From positions 655,462 through 719,461 of the forward strand of contig BOKM01000001.1 in the NCBI GenBank assembly GCA_016860985.1: a stretch of 64,000 bases of DNA, written 5' to 3'. The position numbers were made by a program, and so were the translations under genes. Under the pieces are notes generated by a model, which was not told where the DNA came from, searched no databases, and saw nothing but the letters and a program-made list of their open reading frames with translations. The DNA is from Patescibacteria group bacterium (GTDB lineage Bacteria; Patescibacteriota; Dojkabacteria; GCA-002793355). Positions 45,284 to 54,933 of this stretch are shown here, one piece after another; positions within the stretch are counted from its first letter, which is position 1; the number at the start of each line of letters is the position of its first letter.

Positions 45284-46576
45284 ATGTATGTCTGTAACAA
45301 TTGTGGGGCAACCCAAACAAAATGGTTAGGAAAATGCCCTCAATGCGAAGGATGGGGTACATACGAAGAAGCACCAGATCTTCCAAAATCACAAAAAGGA
45401 AAGATGAAGTTTGGTGTTTCAGGTCCGACTTCCTTTGTAAAAGCGGGATCTGTTGAACGTCAGCCGTTACTTCGTTTTGCGACAGGATTTTCGGAAGTTG
45501 ATCGAGTACTTGGCGGTGGAATTGCTCAGGGAACGGTCGCTTTAGTAGGTGGTGACCCAGGTATTGGAAAATCAACTCTTTTGTTGCAGGTACTTGTTAA
45601 TTTTGCCAAAGCCGGAAAAACAGTTGCGTATATTTCCGGTGAAGAATCTGTAGACCAGATATCTGAACGGTTAGAAAGGGTGGTCCCTGAAATCCCAGAG
45701 GGGCTATTTCTCCTTTCTGATCAAGATTTAGGGAATATTATGGATGGACTTGCAGGTCAACAATTTGATGCAATTGTGATCGACTCAATTCACTCCTTGC
45801 AGCATAACGATTTAGAGGGACAATCTGGAGGAATGAGTCAGTTAAAGGCTGTTACTACAGCATTAACGTCGTGGGCAAAAAGAACTCGTACGGTAGTCTT
45901 CTTAATCGCGCAAGTAACAAAAGAAGGATATGTTGCAGGGCCAAAAACTGTTGAACACATTGTTGATGTAGTTGTCTATTTGGAACGTGTTGGCTCAGAA
46001 AATACAAGAATGGTACGCACTTTAAAAAATAGATATGGAGATACAGGAGAAGTTGGGTTCTTAGATATGGGAGTTAAGGGGCTAGGTGATAAAAGTGATT
46101 TTGCAACCATGCTCGTTTCTTCGTTGTCGTCAGATGAGCCTGGTAGCGCACTTGGAATCACATTACAAGGCTCTCGCCCTATGATTGTTCAGATTCAAGC
46201 ACTAGTGAACGATTCTCCCTTTGCCGTACCACGACGAGTAGTGGAGGGTGTGTCAAAAAATAGAGTAGAAGTGCTCGCTGCGGTTATTGCTAAAAAATAC
46301 CCAAGATTGCATCTTGATCACAAAGACATTTTCGTCAAAGTTAACGGCGGTATTACACTCAAAGACTCTGGAACAGACTTGGCGCTTGTGGCTGCAATGA
46401 TTTCCTCTGTTACAGGTAAGCCATGGAAAGAGACGCTTTTTATAGGCGAAGTGGGGTTGTTAGGTGAAGTTAAACCTGGAACTGCCTTTGAGCAAAGATA
46501 TAAAGAGGCAAAGAAGCTTCACTTTAAAACTATACTCGCTCACAAGAGTGTTCAAAACATCTCTTCTATTGCGTAA
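45284..46576 (+). CDS. radA: DNA repair protein RadA/Sms
   Basis: C4 zinc finger, GDPGIGKST, KNRYG, Lon-like C-terminal domain. Confidence 0.95.
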   Translation: MYVCNNCGATQTKWLGKCPQCEGWGTYEEAPDLPKSQKGKMKFGVSGPTSFVKAGSVERQPLLRFATGFSEVDRVLGGGIAQGTVALVGGDPGIGKSTLLLQVLVNFAKAGKTVAYISGEESVDQISERLERVVPEIPEGLFLLSDQDLGNIMDGLAGQQFDAIVIDSIHSLQHNDLEGQSGGMSQLKAVTTALTSWAKRTRTVVFLIAQVTKEGYVAGPKTVEHIVDVVVYLERVGSENTRMVRTLKNRYGDTGEVGFLDMGVKGLGDKSDFATMLVSSLSSDEPGSALGITLQGSRPMIVQIQALVNDSPFAVPRRVVEGVSKNRVEVLAAVIAKKYPRLHLDHKDIFVKVNGGITLKDSGTDLALVAAMISSVTGKPWKETLFIGEVGLLGEVKPGTAFEQRYKEAKKLHFKTILAHKSVQNISSIA

Positions 46577-46731
46577 TCGCTCGCCAATTCGGCCGCAACC
46601 ACTGTGTCGTTCTATAAAATTTCTATCTCCACGAGAGCCGCCTCTTGTTGCTCGCGCGAGTTCCATTGTTTGGCGCTCTGCCTGTATTTCTTGGTGTTTA
46701 AAAAGACTATTGACATCAAGGATATTTGCTA

Positions 46732-46760
46732 TTGACATTCACCCCGCCAGAGTGTACAAT
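46732..46760 (+). promoter_or_regulatory. Near-consensus sigma70 promoter
   Basis: TTGACA (46732-37), 17 nt, TACAAT (46755-60). Confidence 0.75.
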
Positions 46761-46766
46761 TCTATT

Positions 46767-46909
46767 ACAAGGTATCTTTATCCCTTGGTTCGGAAGTTCT
46801 GAGCCAAAGGATTAGGAGATCTTGATCGCACTCCTCGAAACACTCGAGAAAAGCCCGTAATGCGGTTTTTTCTCGGGATCGGTTTGGGGCAGTGCCGATC
46901 CCCTTTTTT
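46767..46909 (+). ncRNA. Candidate structured sRNA or rho leader/attenuator ending in an intrinsic terminator
   Basis: Four consecutive hairpins; the last is GGGATCGGT/GCCGATCCC plus T6; lies between the promoter above and rho. Confidence 0.55.
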
Positions 46910-47047
46910 CTTTTCTCTTCTCAATATTTCCATCTCACTGATTTGAAAATTTGTTGCAGAAAAAGAATGACATTGTGTTATAATTAATGATAAATAATCC
47001 TCTCGCATGAATTACTCGCAGAGATCTTAAGATAATCATCTTTTTTT

Positions 47048-48310
47048 ATGTTAACAGTACAAAAACTTCAGGAAGAAACCCTTGTTGCACTCAAAAAAAT
47101 GGCAGCAGAATACGAAGTTAAAGAATTAGAAAAATTTACCGCAAAAGAGAAGGACAAATTGATATACGAAATCCTCAAAGCTTCTTCAATTAAAGGCGGA
47201 TTTGAGTACTCCTCAGGTATTCTAGAAGTTGTAAACAATGGTTCACACGGTTTTGTTCGTGTTGAGGGCGTGTTGCCAAGTAACCGTGATATATATGTGT
47301 CGGGTACACAAATTCAAAAGTTTGGTCTGAGAACTGGCGATATTCTCGAAGGTGTTGTAAGACCATTAAAAGATGGTGAGAAATACCGAAACATGCTCAA
47401 AGTTGACTATGTCGGTGGAATGGGCGCAGCAGAAAATATGAAGCGCCTTCCCTTTGAAAAACGAACAGTAATTTTCCCAAACAAACAGTTGCATTTAGAA
47501 ACAACACCTGAAATCCTTTCGACCAGAATTATTGACCTTCTTGCCCCTATTGGTTATGGTCAGCGATCTATGGTCGTATCCCAGCCAAAATCAGGTAAAA
47601 CTACAATACTAAAGGAAATAGCAAATGGTATTTCAGCAAATCACCCAGATGTTCAGATTATCGTTGTGCTTGTTGGTGAACGTCCAGAAGAAGTAACTGA
47701 TATGCAACGTTCCGTACAAGGTGAGGTCTATGCCTCAAATTTCGATGAGCATCCACAAAATAACGTCGCTGTTGCTGAAATGGCATTAGAACGAGCAAAG
47801 CGGTTGGTTGAATGGAATAAAGATGTGGTTATATTAATGGACAGTATTACACGTCTTGCACGTGCGTATAACTTGGTAATTCCGAGCTCGGGAAGAACTC
47901 TGTCAGGAGGTTTTGACCCTGCTGCTTTGTATCCTCCAAAAAGATTCTTTGGGGCAGCTCGAAACTTTGAAGAAGGTGGAAGCTTAACAATTATTGCAAC
48001 AGCACTTGTTAACACAGGTAGTAAGATGGACGATTTGATTTACGAAGAATTCAAGGGTACCGGTAACATGGAACTACACTTGGATAGAAGTCTTGGTGAA
48101 AAGCGAATCTTCCCTGCAATCGATGTTATTCGTTCTGGAACTCGAAGAGAAGACTTATTGCTCGGCCAGGAAAAATTACAACTCTCATGGCTGATTCGCC
48201 GAATGCTTGACAATATCGATAAGAATGGCGAAAACGCCTCCGAAGTGCTTATCGAGCGAATGAAGACCAGTAAAAGTAACAGCGACTTTCTTAAGAATTT
48301 GAGGGAGTAG
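47048..48310 (+). CDS. rho: Transcription termination factor Rho
   Basis: GF.R, DIYVS..QI.KFGLRTGD, PKSGKT, ERPEEVT, DSITRLARAYN, EEFKGTGNME. Confidence 0.97.
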   Translation: MLTVQKLQEETLVALKKMAAEYEVKELEKFTAKEKDKLIYEILKASSIKGGFEYSSGILEVVNNGSHGFVRVEGVLPSNRDIYVSGTQIQKFGLRTGDILEGVVRPLKDGEKYRNMLKVDYVGGMGAAENMKRLPFEKRTVIFPNKQLHLETTPEILSTRIIDLLAPIGYGQRSMVVSQPKSGKTTILKEIANGISANHPDVQIIVVLVGERPEEVTDMQRSVQGEVYASNFDEHPQNNVAVAEMALERAKRLVEWNKDVVILMDSITRLARAYNLVIPSSGRTLSGGFDPAALYPPKRFFGAARNFEEGGSLTIIATALVNTGSKMDDLIYEEFKGTGNMELHLDRSLGEKRIFPAIDVIRSGTRREDLLLGQEKLQLSWLIRRMLDNIDKNGENASEVLIERMKTSKSNSDFLKNLRE

Positions 48311-48391
48311 CGTCACTTTCTCTTTATTGGCAGGTAAAAACAGTTGGATAGTGATTGTCGAAGAATCCTCTTTCTTCTGATATACTGTCTC

Positions 48392-49894
48392 ATGGTTTAT
48401 CTGCGCCCCAAGAAACTAGACATTTTAGGTGACAAGTCTGCCCTAGAAGTGTATTTAAATCGCTTTACTGCCGACCAATACGGTGTAAAAGAAGGTGATT
48501 TATTAGATTTATATTTCGTTGGTCATGAAACTGGTGCAACAGCACTTATTACCGACACAATCGTCGATGACGGCCACATAGGTCTTCCTGCAGCGATTTG
48601 GAATGCCTTTCCTGTTTCTGAACTCGATAGAGTAGCGATTGAAATACAAGGTCAAGCACAATCGGTAAAATTCATCAGAAAAAAAATTAAGGGCGAAAAG
48701 CTCAACTACGATGAGATACGTGAAATCATGTACGACATCGCAAAGCGAAGGCTTTCTCCGATTGAAATGACTTATTTTGCTTCGACTTCGTATAACCCTG
48801 GGTTTGATGACGAAGAAATGTACAATCTGACCAAAGCAATGGCAGACACAGGAATTACCCTCGATTTTTCTCATAAAAAGGGGCTTGTAGTTGATAAGCA
48901 TTCTATTGGCGGGCTACCGTCTAAAGGCGTTACTCCTGTTATTGTTTCGCTGCTTTCTTCACTCGGCTATATTATTCCAAACACCAGTACTCGTGCGATT
49001 ACCGCTCCGGCTGGTACTACCGACGTGTTGGAAACTATGATGCCCGTTGCGCTTTCAGAGGAGGAGATAAAACGTGTGGTTGATGAAACTAACGGTTGTT
49101 TGGTATGGGGTGGCGGACTTGATCTTGCTCCTGCAGATGATATTTTGATTCAGATCGAAAAACCATTACACATTGAGTCTTATGACAAATTCGTGGTGAG
49201 TATCATTGCAAAAAAACTGGCCGCCGGATGTAAATACGTGTTACTTGATCTCCCTTATGGTGATACTGCAAAGGTTCCTGACAGTGATGTTCCAAAAGTC
49301 GCGCGTGCATTTGAAACGCTATTCGAAAAATTTGGAATTAAGGTGTTTGTGTATAAACGAAAAGCAAAGGGTCCAGATGGAAATGGAATTGGTCCAATTC
49401 TTGAGGCTCGTGATGTGTTATGGATTTTAGAAAGAGACAAGCGAAGACCAATTGGAATGGAAAATCTTGCACTTGATATGGCCGCACAGCTTATTGCCTT
49501 GACTGGAAAATACACGTACCAAGGTGCACACGAAGTTCTACGCGAAACACTCGAGGGCGGAGAAGCATACAAACAATTCTGGAAAATCGGAAAAGCACAG
49601 GGTGCGACAAAAATTGTAAAAGCGGATGAACTGCTTCCAGGTCAGTATATGTACGAAATCAAATCAACCAAAGCGGGTTTGATAAAAACTTTCGATAACC
49701 ACGCAATTGTTCAGGTGACACGTGCACTTGGAGCTCCCTACGCAAAAGGTGCAGGAATCTATCTTCATCGACAAGTCGGAGATAGGGTAGCGGTTGGAGA
49801 AACAGTTGCGACTTTATATGCAGAAGCACAAAGTCGCATTGATTTAGCAATCAAAAATCTTGACGGAACTCAAGATAGTTGGATATTAGTCTAG
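48392..49894 (+). CDS. AMP (NMP) phosphorylase, archaeal-type thymidine phosphorylase family
   Basis: N-terminal extension domain, DKHSIGG, SRAIT-like STRAITAPAGTTD, VWGGGLDLAPADD, GIGPILEARD; ATG 48392. Confidence 0.88.
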   Translation: MVYLRPKKLDILGDKSALEVYLNRFTADQYGVKEGDLLDLYFVGHETGATALITDTIVDDGHIGLPAAIWNAFPVSELDRVAIEIQGQAQSVKFIRKKIKGEKLNYDEIREIMYDIAKRRLSPIEMTYFASTSYNPGFDDEEMYNLTKAMADTGITLDFSHKKGLVVDKHSIGGLPSKGVTPVIVSLLSSLGYIIPNTSTRAITAPAGTTDVLETMMPVALSEEEIKRVVDETNGCLVWGGGLDLAPADDILIQIEKPLHIESYDKFVVSIIAKKLAAGCKYVLLDLPYGDTAKVPDSDVPKVARAFETLFEKFGIKVFVYKRKAKGPDGNGIGPILEARDVLWILERDKRRPIGMENLALDMAAQLIALTGKYTYQGAHEVLRETLEGGEAYKQFWKIGKAQGATKIVKADELLPGQYMYEIKSTKAGLIKTFDNHAIVQVTRALGAPYAKGAGIYLHRQVGDRVAVGETVATLYAEAQSRIDLAIKNLDGTQDSWILV

Positions 49895-49930
49895 TTTGAG
49901 CGAGCTAATTTATTGAAAAAGGTAGGCGTC

Positions 49931-51343
49931 ATGAAAGTAAAGTTCATTGGAGCAACAGGAGGAATTGTGACTGGGTCTTCGTATTTACTGGAGTTCCCCA
50001 AATCAACATTCCTTGTTGACTGTGGTATGTATCAAGGAGAGGAAAATGTTGAAAGGTTAAACTTTGAGCCGTTTCCATTTGATCCGGCACGTTTGGATTA
50101 TGTGCTTTTAACGCATGCCCATCTTGATCACGTCGGGTTACTTCCAAAACTTGTAAAGCACGGCTTTACCGGAAAAATTATCTGTACCGATGCTACTAAG
50201 AGTTTGGCCGAAATTATTATGATGGATGCCGCAAAGATTCAAGAAGAAGACGCTTACTACAGAAATAACGACCGTTCAAACAACGTTCAAGAAGAAGGAA
50301 GCTATTCTAAAGGTGAACCCTTGTACACTCGCGATGATATTGCTGCAGTAATGGCAGCATTTGAAACCTACCCAATTGGAGAGCAGGTAAAACTTGGTCC
50401 TGACATGTCGTTTCGTATGCGCGAAGCAGGACATATTTTAGGTTCTGTCACTTTTGAAATGTGGTACACAAACTCTCAAGGTAGAGAGCGAAAACTCGTT
50501 ATGTCTGGAGATCTTGGTCAAACTGGAGCACGTATTATCAAAGACCCAGACTTTATCCGAGAGGCCGATTATGTGATTATGGAGAGTACGTATGGTGGTC
50601 GAAATCACCGAGACAAAAACTCCACGTTACTCGAATTACTGTCCATATTGCAAGAGGCATCAAAACAGAAGGCACGAGTTATTATTCCAACCTTTGCGGT
50701 AGAAAGAGCACAAGAGCTATTGTACGAAATGAACTTGTTTGTCGAACGAAAACTGCTCAAAGGGCTGAAGTTTTACGTCGATAGCCCACTAGCAATTAAA
50801 GCTACGGAGATTTTTAGGGCTTACAAACGATATTACGACGAAGATGCTATGGCCTTGGTCCATTCGGGTGATGATCCGTTCTCGTTCAGAGGTTTGGAAT
50901 ACACCGAAAGCGTGCATGATTCGAGACGAATTGCGGGAGAGCGAGGTGCCGTTATCATGGCAGGGAGCGGTATGTGTACTGGTGGCCGAGTATTGCATCA
51001 TTTGATGAATACCTTACCTCACAAAGACGCGCATATCTTATTCGTAGGTTTCCAAGTTCCAGGTACACTCGGAAGAAAATTGGTCGATGGTGCAAAAATG
51101 GTCCGTATTCACGGAGTCGAAGTGCCCGTCCAAGCTCAAATTCACACATTAAATGGATTTTCTGCCCACGCTGATCAACACGATTTGTTGTATTGGTTGC
51201 GTAGTTTTGGACATTCTCCAAAAGAAGTCTTTATTACCCATGGTGACCAAACAAACAGAACTGTTTTCGCAGAGTTGGTACGAAACGAACTACAGTTAAA
51301 TGCGGTTATCCCTGAGCCAGGGCAAGAATACGAGTTAGACTAG
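49931..51343 (+). CDS. MBL-fold beta-CASP ribonuclease
   Basis: VTGS, THAHLDHVG, AGHILGS, SGDLG, MESTYG, GMCTGGR, FSAHAD. Confidence 0.92.
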   Translation: MKVKFIGATGGIVTGSSYLLEFPKSTFLVDCGMYQGEENVERLNFEPFPFDPARLDYVLLTHAHLDHVGLLPKLVKHGFTGKIICTDATKSLAEIIMMDAAKIQEEDAYYRNNDRSNNVQEEGSYSKGEPLYTRDDIAAVMAAFETYPIGEQVKLGPDMSFRMREAGHILGSVTFEMWYTNSQGRERKLVMSGDLGQTGARIIKDPDFIREADYVIMESTYGGRNHRDKNSTLLELLSILQEASKQKARVIIPTFAVERAQELLYEMNLFVERKLLKGLKFYVDSPLAIKATEIFRAYKRYYDEDAMALVHSGDDPFSFRGLEYTESVHDSRRIAGERGAVIMAGSGMCTGGRVLHHLMNTLPHKDAHILFVGFQVPGTLGRKLVDGAKMVRIHGVEVPVQAQIHTLNGFSAHADQHDLLYWLRSFGHSPKEVFITHGDQTNRTVFAELVRNELQLNAVIPEPGQEYELD

Positions 51344-51435
51344 TTTTTCCGGAAAATAAGGGGCAAAAATGGTATAATACACCAAGCCCGAGTTCGTCAG
51401 GTTCGTAAAATGGGCATAAATTTGTTAATGAAACC

Positions 51436-52758
51436 TTGGGAGAAGAACGCCTTATAGGGACGGATGTCAACGCTCTCTTACAAGCAAAAAAGCAGAGTCG
51501 TTTGTTTTCAAAGAATCAGAAACTTGATGAAGTTGGTGTTGGTTTATTTTTTGCACAACTTTTTGGTTGGGCATTATCAAAGTTTTTCAGTGTAATATCC
51601 TTCTTTTTAGGGCTTATTTTAGGTATTGAAAAGGCTCTCATTAATCTGCGAATCGACACTTTGCAACTCTTTTATTGGGGCAGAGGCAATGTTTTTGCAC
51701 TTTTTTTTCAAGCCATTGGTTTCTTTGTTCTACTTGCTGTTGGCTTTTCTTTTGCAGTTAGCCGCGGTATTCAGAATCGTATTATCAGTCAGTATAGCCC
51801 ACCTGAACAAACGGTAGTGTATGCGTCGTCGTCCGATACCGTTGTAGAGTCTGGCTCACTTATTACCAGTATGCCGAAAGAATTAAAGCGTATCGAAACA
51901 ATCGAATATGTGGTCTCTTACGATGATACGTTAGGCGGAAAGGCACTCGACAACATTGCGCTTGACTTTGAAATAACCGCAGACAGTATTCGTTGGGCAA
52001 ACAACTTTTCAAAAACCTATCAGCCAAAGCCTGGAACAAAAATCAGAATTCCACCAGTTTCGGGGAGTCAGTACACCGTGCAATCAGGTGACTCGGTAAG
52101 TAGTATCGCTTCTCGTTTTAAAATGGATAAGCTAACGCTGGTTGAAGTTAATTATCTTGCAGGTGAAAACGCAAAACTTAAAACTGGGCAGGTACTATTT
52201 CTCCCTGGAGTTGCGCCTCAGACACCAACACCTGTTGTTAAAAAGAAAACTGGAACAAAAAGCTATTTGTTGTATGGTTCTTCTGGTGGAAGCTTTACGG
52301 CTCCTAAAGGTCCAAAATTCCTTAAATGGCCTGTGAGCTCTAACAGTGTGTCTCGTTGTTATTCTGGGTATCATGATGGTATTGATATTATTCCGCTTGG
52401 ATCAGGGTCATCAAATCCAAATGTGAATGCAGCTGCAACAGGTAAAGTCACCTATGCCGGTTTACACTGTTCGCCGGGGTGGTGGGGTACTCCATGTGGT
52501 GGTTATGCATATGTTGTTGAAATTGATCACCAAAATGGCTTCTCAACGGTATATGGACACTTAGCAGCAAACTCAATTGTAGTTGGTGTTGGTGATGTAG
52601 TCGTCCAAGGTCAAAAGCTTGCAAAAATGGGTAACACAGGTACCTCAACTGGCACACATCTTCATTTCCAAGTAAATCATGGTGGCTTTCTTGGTAAATC
52701 AGGGTTACGAGCGGTTAATCCTGCCTCTTACCTTGTAGACGCAAAAGCTTGTAGATAG
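51436..52758 (+). CDS. LysM x2 + M23 metallopeptidase, membrane-anchored
   Basis: Two LysM repeats, WP, HDGID, YGHL, STG.HLHF; start uncertain. Confidence 0.9.
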   Translation: MGEERLIGTDVNALLQAKKQSRLFSKNQKLDEVGVGLFFAQLFGWALSKFFSVISFFLGLILGIEKALINLRIDTLQLFYWGRGNVFALFFQAIGFFVLLAVGFSFAVSRGIQNRIISQYSPPEQTVVYASSSDTVVESGSLITSMPKELKRIETIEYVVSYDDTLGGKALDNIALDFEITADSIRWANNFSKTYQPKPGTKIRIPPVSGSQYTVQSGDSVSSIASRFKMDKLTLVEVNYLAGENAKLKTGQVLFLPGVAPQTPTPVVKKKTGTKSYLLYGSSGGSFTAPKGPKFLKWPVSSNSVSRCYSGYHDGIDIIPLGSGSSNPNVNAAATGKVTYAGLHCSPGWWGTPCGGYAYVVEIDHQNGFSTVYGHLAANSIVVGVGDVVVQGQKLAKMGNTGTSTGTHLHFQVNHGGFLGKSGLRAVNPASYLVDAKACR

Positions 52759-52815
52759 TAACAATCGGTAGCAAAAAATAAACATCGGTCACAAAGTGAA
52801 AAGCGAAAGTTGTGT

Positions 52816-53874
52816 TTAACTCTTGAGTAACTTCTTTGCAAGGTAATAGGGATATCCCCAAAGTTTTCTTGTTTTTTCCATCATCCAGATGAACCAGTAC
52901 GTGGAGGTGAGTGGATAATCGTAAGCACCAACATACTCAACAACCTGTCCGCCAAATCCCTTCTTGAATTCGGTAAGACCAGCCCATGGATCGCTAGGGT
53001 CGTTATCTCGTTTTGCAATGCCGTAAAGATTCAGATATTTGAGTCCTTTCGCTTTTGCATGTTGCATAATATTCCAAACCTGAACTTTTGAGGCGTGCTT
53101 GGCTAGAGGGTCAGTAGAGTAGGCACGTCCGGTGTGAAGGTAATAGGCAGTTGTTTTATCATAAGCGACCAAAGAGGCAGTTTGTGGAACACCATTTACC
53201 GAAGCGATTACTATTTCATATTTTCCAGAGTCTTTAAGGGTGGCAAGTTGTGAGTAGTAATAGCGTTTAGAATATGAGACAAAATGCTTAAGACTTACGG
53301 TGTTCTGGTACATTTTCCAGAAAATTGCAAAGTCTTCATCTGACGTACTGTATCTAACGGTTACGCCGTCTTTCATTCCTTTCTTTACCCCATTTCGCTG
53401 GGAGGGGCTCATGCCGAGCATAATATCTTCTTCGGAGGGGGTAAGGTCAACAAGAATAGTTCTTTCGGGCTGCACGTACGTTGGAGCTTTCTTGAGTCCT
53501 GTAAGTAATAATTCTTCGTGAACAGACTCTGAAGTATGGAGCAGTGGATCAAAACGAATAAAGTGAACGGGGTACTGTGCTGCCAGTTTTTCTATATGCG
53601 GTAACAACGTTTCAATAATAGTTGCAACAGATAAATCGGGGCGTTTCGATATAAGAAAAGGCCCGTTCGAAATGTAAAAATGAGAGCGCAAACGTGATTT
53701 TACAAGAATAATTGAGGCTCCTCCGACAAAGGTTTCTCGATCAAAAACACCTAGCCTCCAAATTTTATGCCCAATCTTCTGCTGAAATTCACCCCATCCC
53801 CAAGATTGAAGTAAGACATTTCCTGCGAGGGAATCCCATGTTTCTTGGCTGGTTACTTCCTGAACTCTATACAT
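52816..53874 (-). CDS. FemABX-like peptidoglycan bridge peptidyltransferase
   Basis: LQSWGWGEFQ, RFDP, QPERT...DL, LYGI, FKKGFGG; ATG 53874. Confidence 0.88.
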   Translation of the reverse strand: MYRVQEVTSQETWDSLAGNVLLQSWGWGEFQQKIGHKIWRLGVFDRETFVGGASIILVKSRLRSHFYISNGPFLISKRPDLSVATIIETLLPHIEKLAAQYPVHFIRFDPLLHTSESVHEELLLTGLKKAPTYVQPERTILVDLTPSEEDIMLGMSPSQRNGVKKGMKDGVTVRYSTSDEDFAIFWKMYQNTVSLKHFVSYSKRYYYSQLATLKDSGKYEIVIASVNGVPQTASLVAYDKTTAYYLHTGRAYSTDPLAKHASKVQVWNIMQHAKAKGLKYLNLYGIAKRDNDPSDPWAGLTEFKKGFGGQVVEYVGAYDYPLTSTYWFIWMMEKTRKLWGYPYYLAKKLLKS

Positions 53875-53988
53875 CAAGGGATTCTAACATCATCGGTCAC
53901 CGAATGCCACCTGTACATAGTTTTAACAGTTTGCGAAAACCGAAAAAATCCTTATAATGAAAAAGTAAATAAAGTCTACAACACTGCC

Positions 53989-54933
53989 ATGTCCGACACT
54001 GTCCCACAGGTCATCCAACAAACGATTGATGATATTATTGCAATCAAAATTCAAGGTGCAACCAACGTCGCTTTGGCAACTTTTATCACAATAGGGGAGT
54101 GGGCAAAAGAAACAGATATCACTGATTACGAAGAATTTAAAGACAAACTTGGCCAATATCTGACCATGATGGCAAATGCTCGCCCCAACGAACCTCTTGC
54201 AAAAAATGGCGTTCGATATGTACAAAACAAGTTGATTTTAGAATACCAAGGTGTCAAAGACACAAAAAGCGCGGCAAAAGCAGTTGTTGAACTTGCAAAT
54301 AGCTACGTCAAACTACTCGAGGATTCAAAACAGAAAATTGTGACCCACGGTGTTGAGCTGTGTAAACATGCAGATGTTGTTTTTACTCACTGCCATTCCA
54401 GTACTGCAGAGGCAATTATTGCAGGCATTAATAGCGATCATAAAGTTAAGGCAATTAACACTGAAACCCGACCGCTGTACCAAGGAAGAATTACCTCAAA
54501 AAATCTACTAAAAGCTGGTGTAGAAACGATAATGGTTGTAGATTCTGCGGCACCGTACTTTATTAAAGACGATAGTTTTCTTCCAGTAGATGTGGTGTTT
54601 CTTGGTGCTGATCAAGTATCCGTAAATGGTGACGCACTAAACAAAGTTGGAAGCTTTAGCATGGGGCTCTCGGCGTATTTTGCAAGCAAGCCACTTTATG
54701 TCGTAACACCAAGCTTAAAACTCGACTTATCAACCATCTATAATCCAATCAAAATTGAACTCCGAAAAGACGAAGAAGTATGGGCAGATGCCCCCGAAGG
54801 ACTCGATATTATTAACCCTGCTTTTGATATGGTCCCTCATCAATTTATCACTGGGTACATAACCGAATTCGGATTGGTAAAACCAGAAGAATTAGAAGAC
54901 AGAGTACGAAGAGAATACGAGTGGGTAAGCTAG
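53989..54933 (+). CDS. Ribose-1,5-bisphosphate isomerase (eIF2B-like family)
   Basis: IQGA, RPNEP, THCHSST (catalytic Cys), ETRP..QG, GAD, NKVGS, NPAFD; near AMP phosphorylase. Confidence 0.85.
   Translation: MSDTVPQVIQQTIDDIIAIKIQGATNVALATFITIGEWAKETDITDYEEFKDKLGQYLTMMANARPNEPLAKNGVRYVQNKLILEYQGVKDTKSAAKAVVELANSYVKLLEDSKQKIVTHGVELCKHADVVFTHCHSSTAEAIIAGINSDHKVKAINTETRPLYQGRITSKNLLKAGVETIMVVDSAAPYFIKDDSFLPVDVVFLGADQVSVNGDALNKVGSFSMGLSAYFASKPLYVVTPSLKLDLSTIYNPIKIELRKDEEVWADAPEGLDIINPAFDMVPHQFITGYITEFGLVKPEELEDRVRREYEWVS

Noticed and set aside
46460-46802. Protein-coding ORFs in the radA-rho gap
   Set aside because: They overlap radA or the promoter, have no recognisable features, and the region is better explained by promoter and RNA structure.
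51386-51415. Riboswitch or SRP-like RNA upstream of the LysM-M23 gene (GCCC...GTCAGG...GGGC)
   Set aside because: Only a 4-bp closing stem and no full match to a family I can recognise; a cmscan would be needed.
53989-54933. Translation factor eIF2B or methylthioribose-1-phosphate isomerase MtnA
   Set aside because: Lacks the MtnA N-terminal LDQ..LP and HCN.G.LAT motifs; THCHSST and proximity to AMP phosphorylase favour R15P isomerase.
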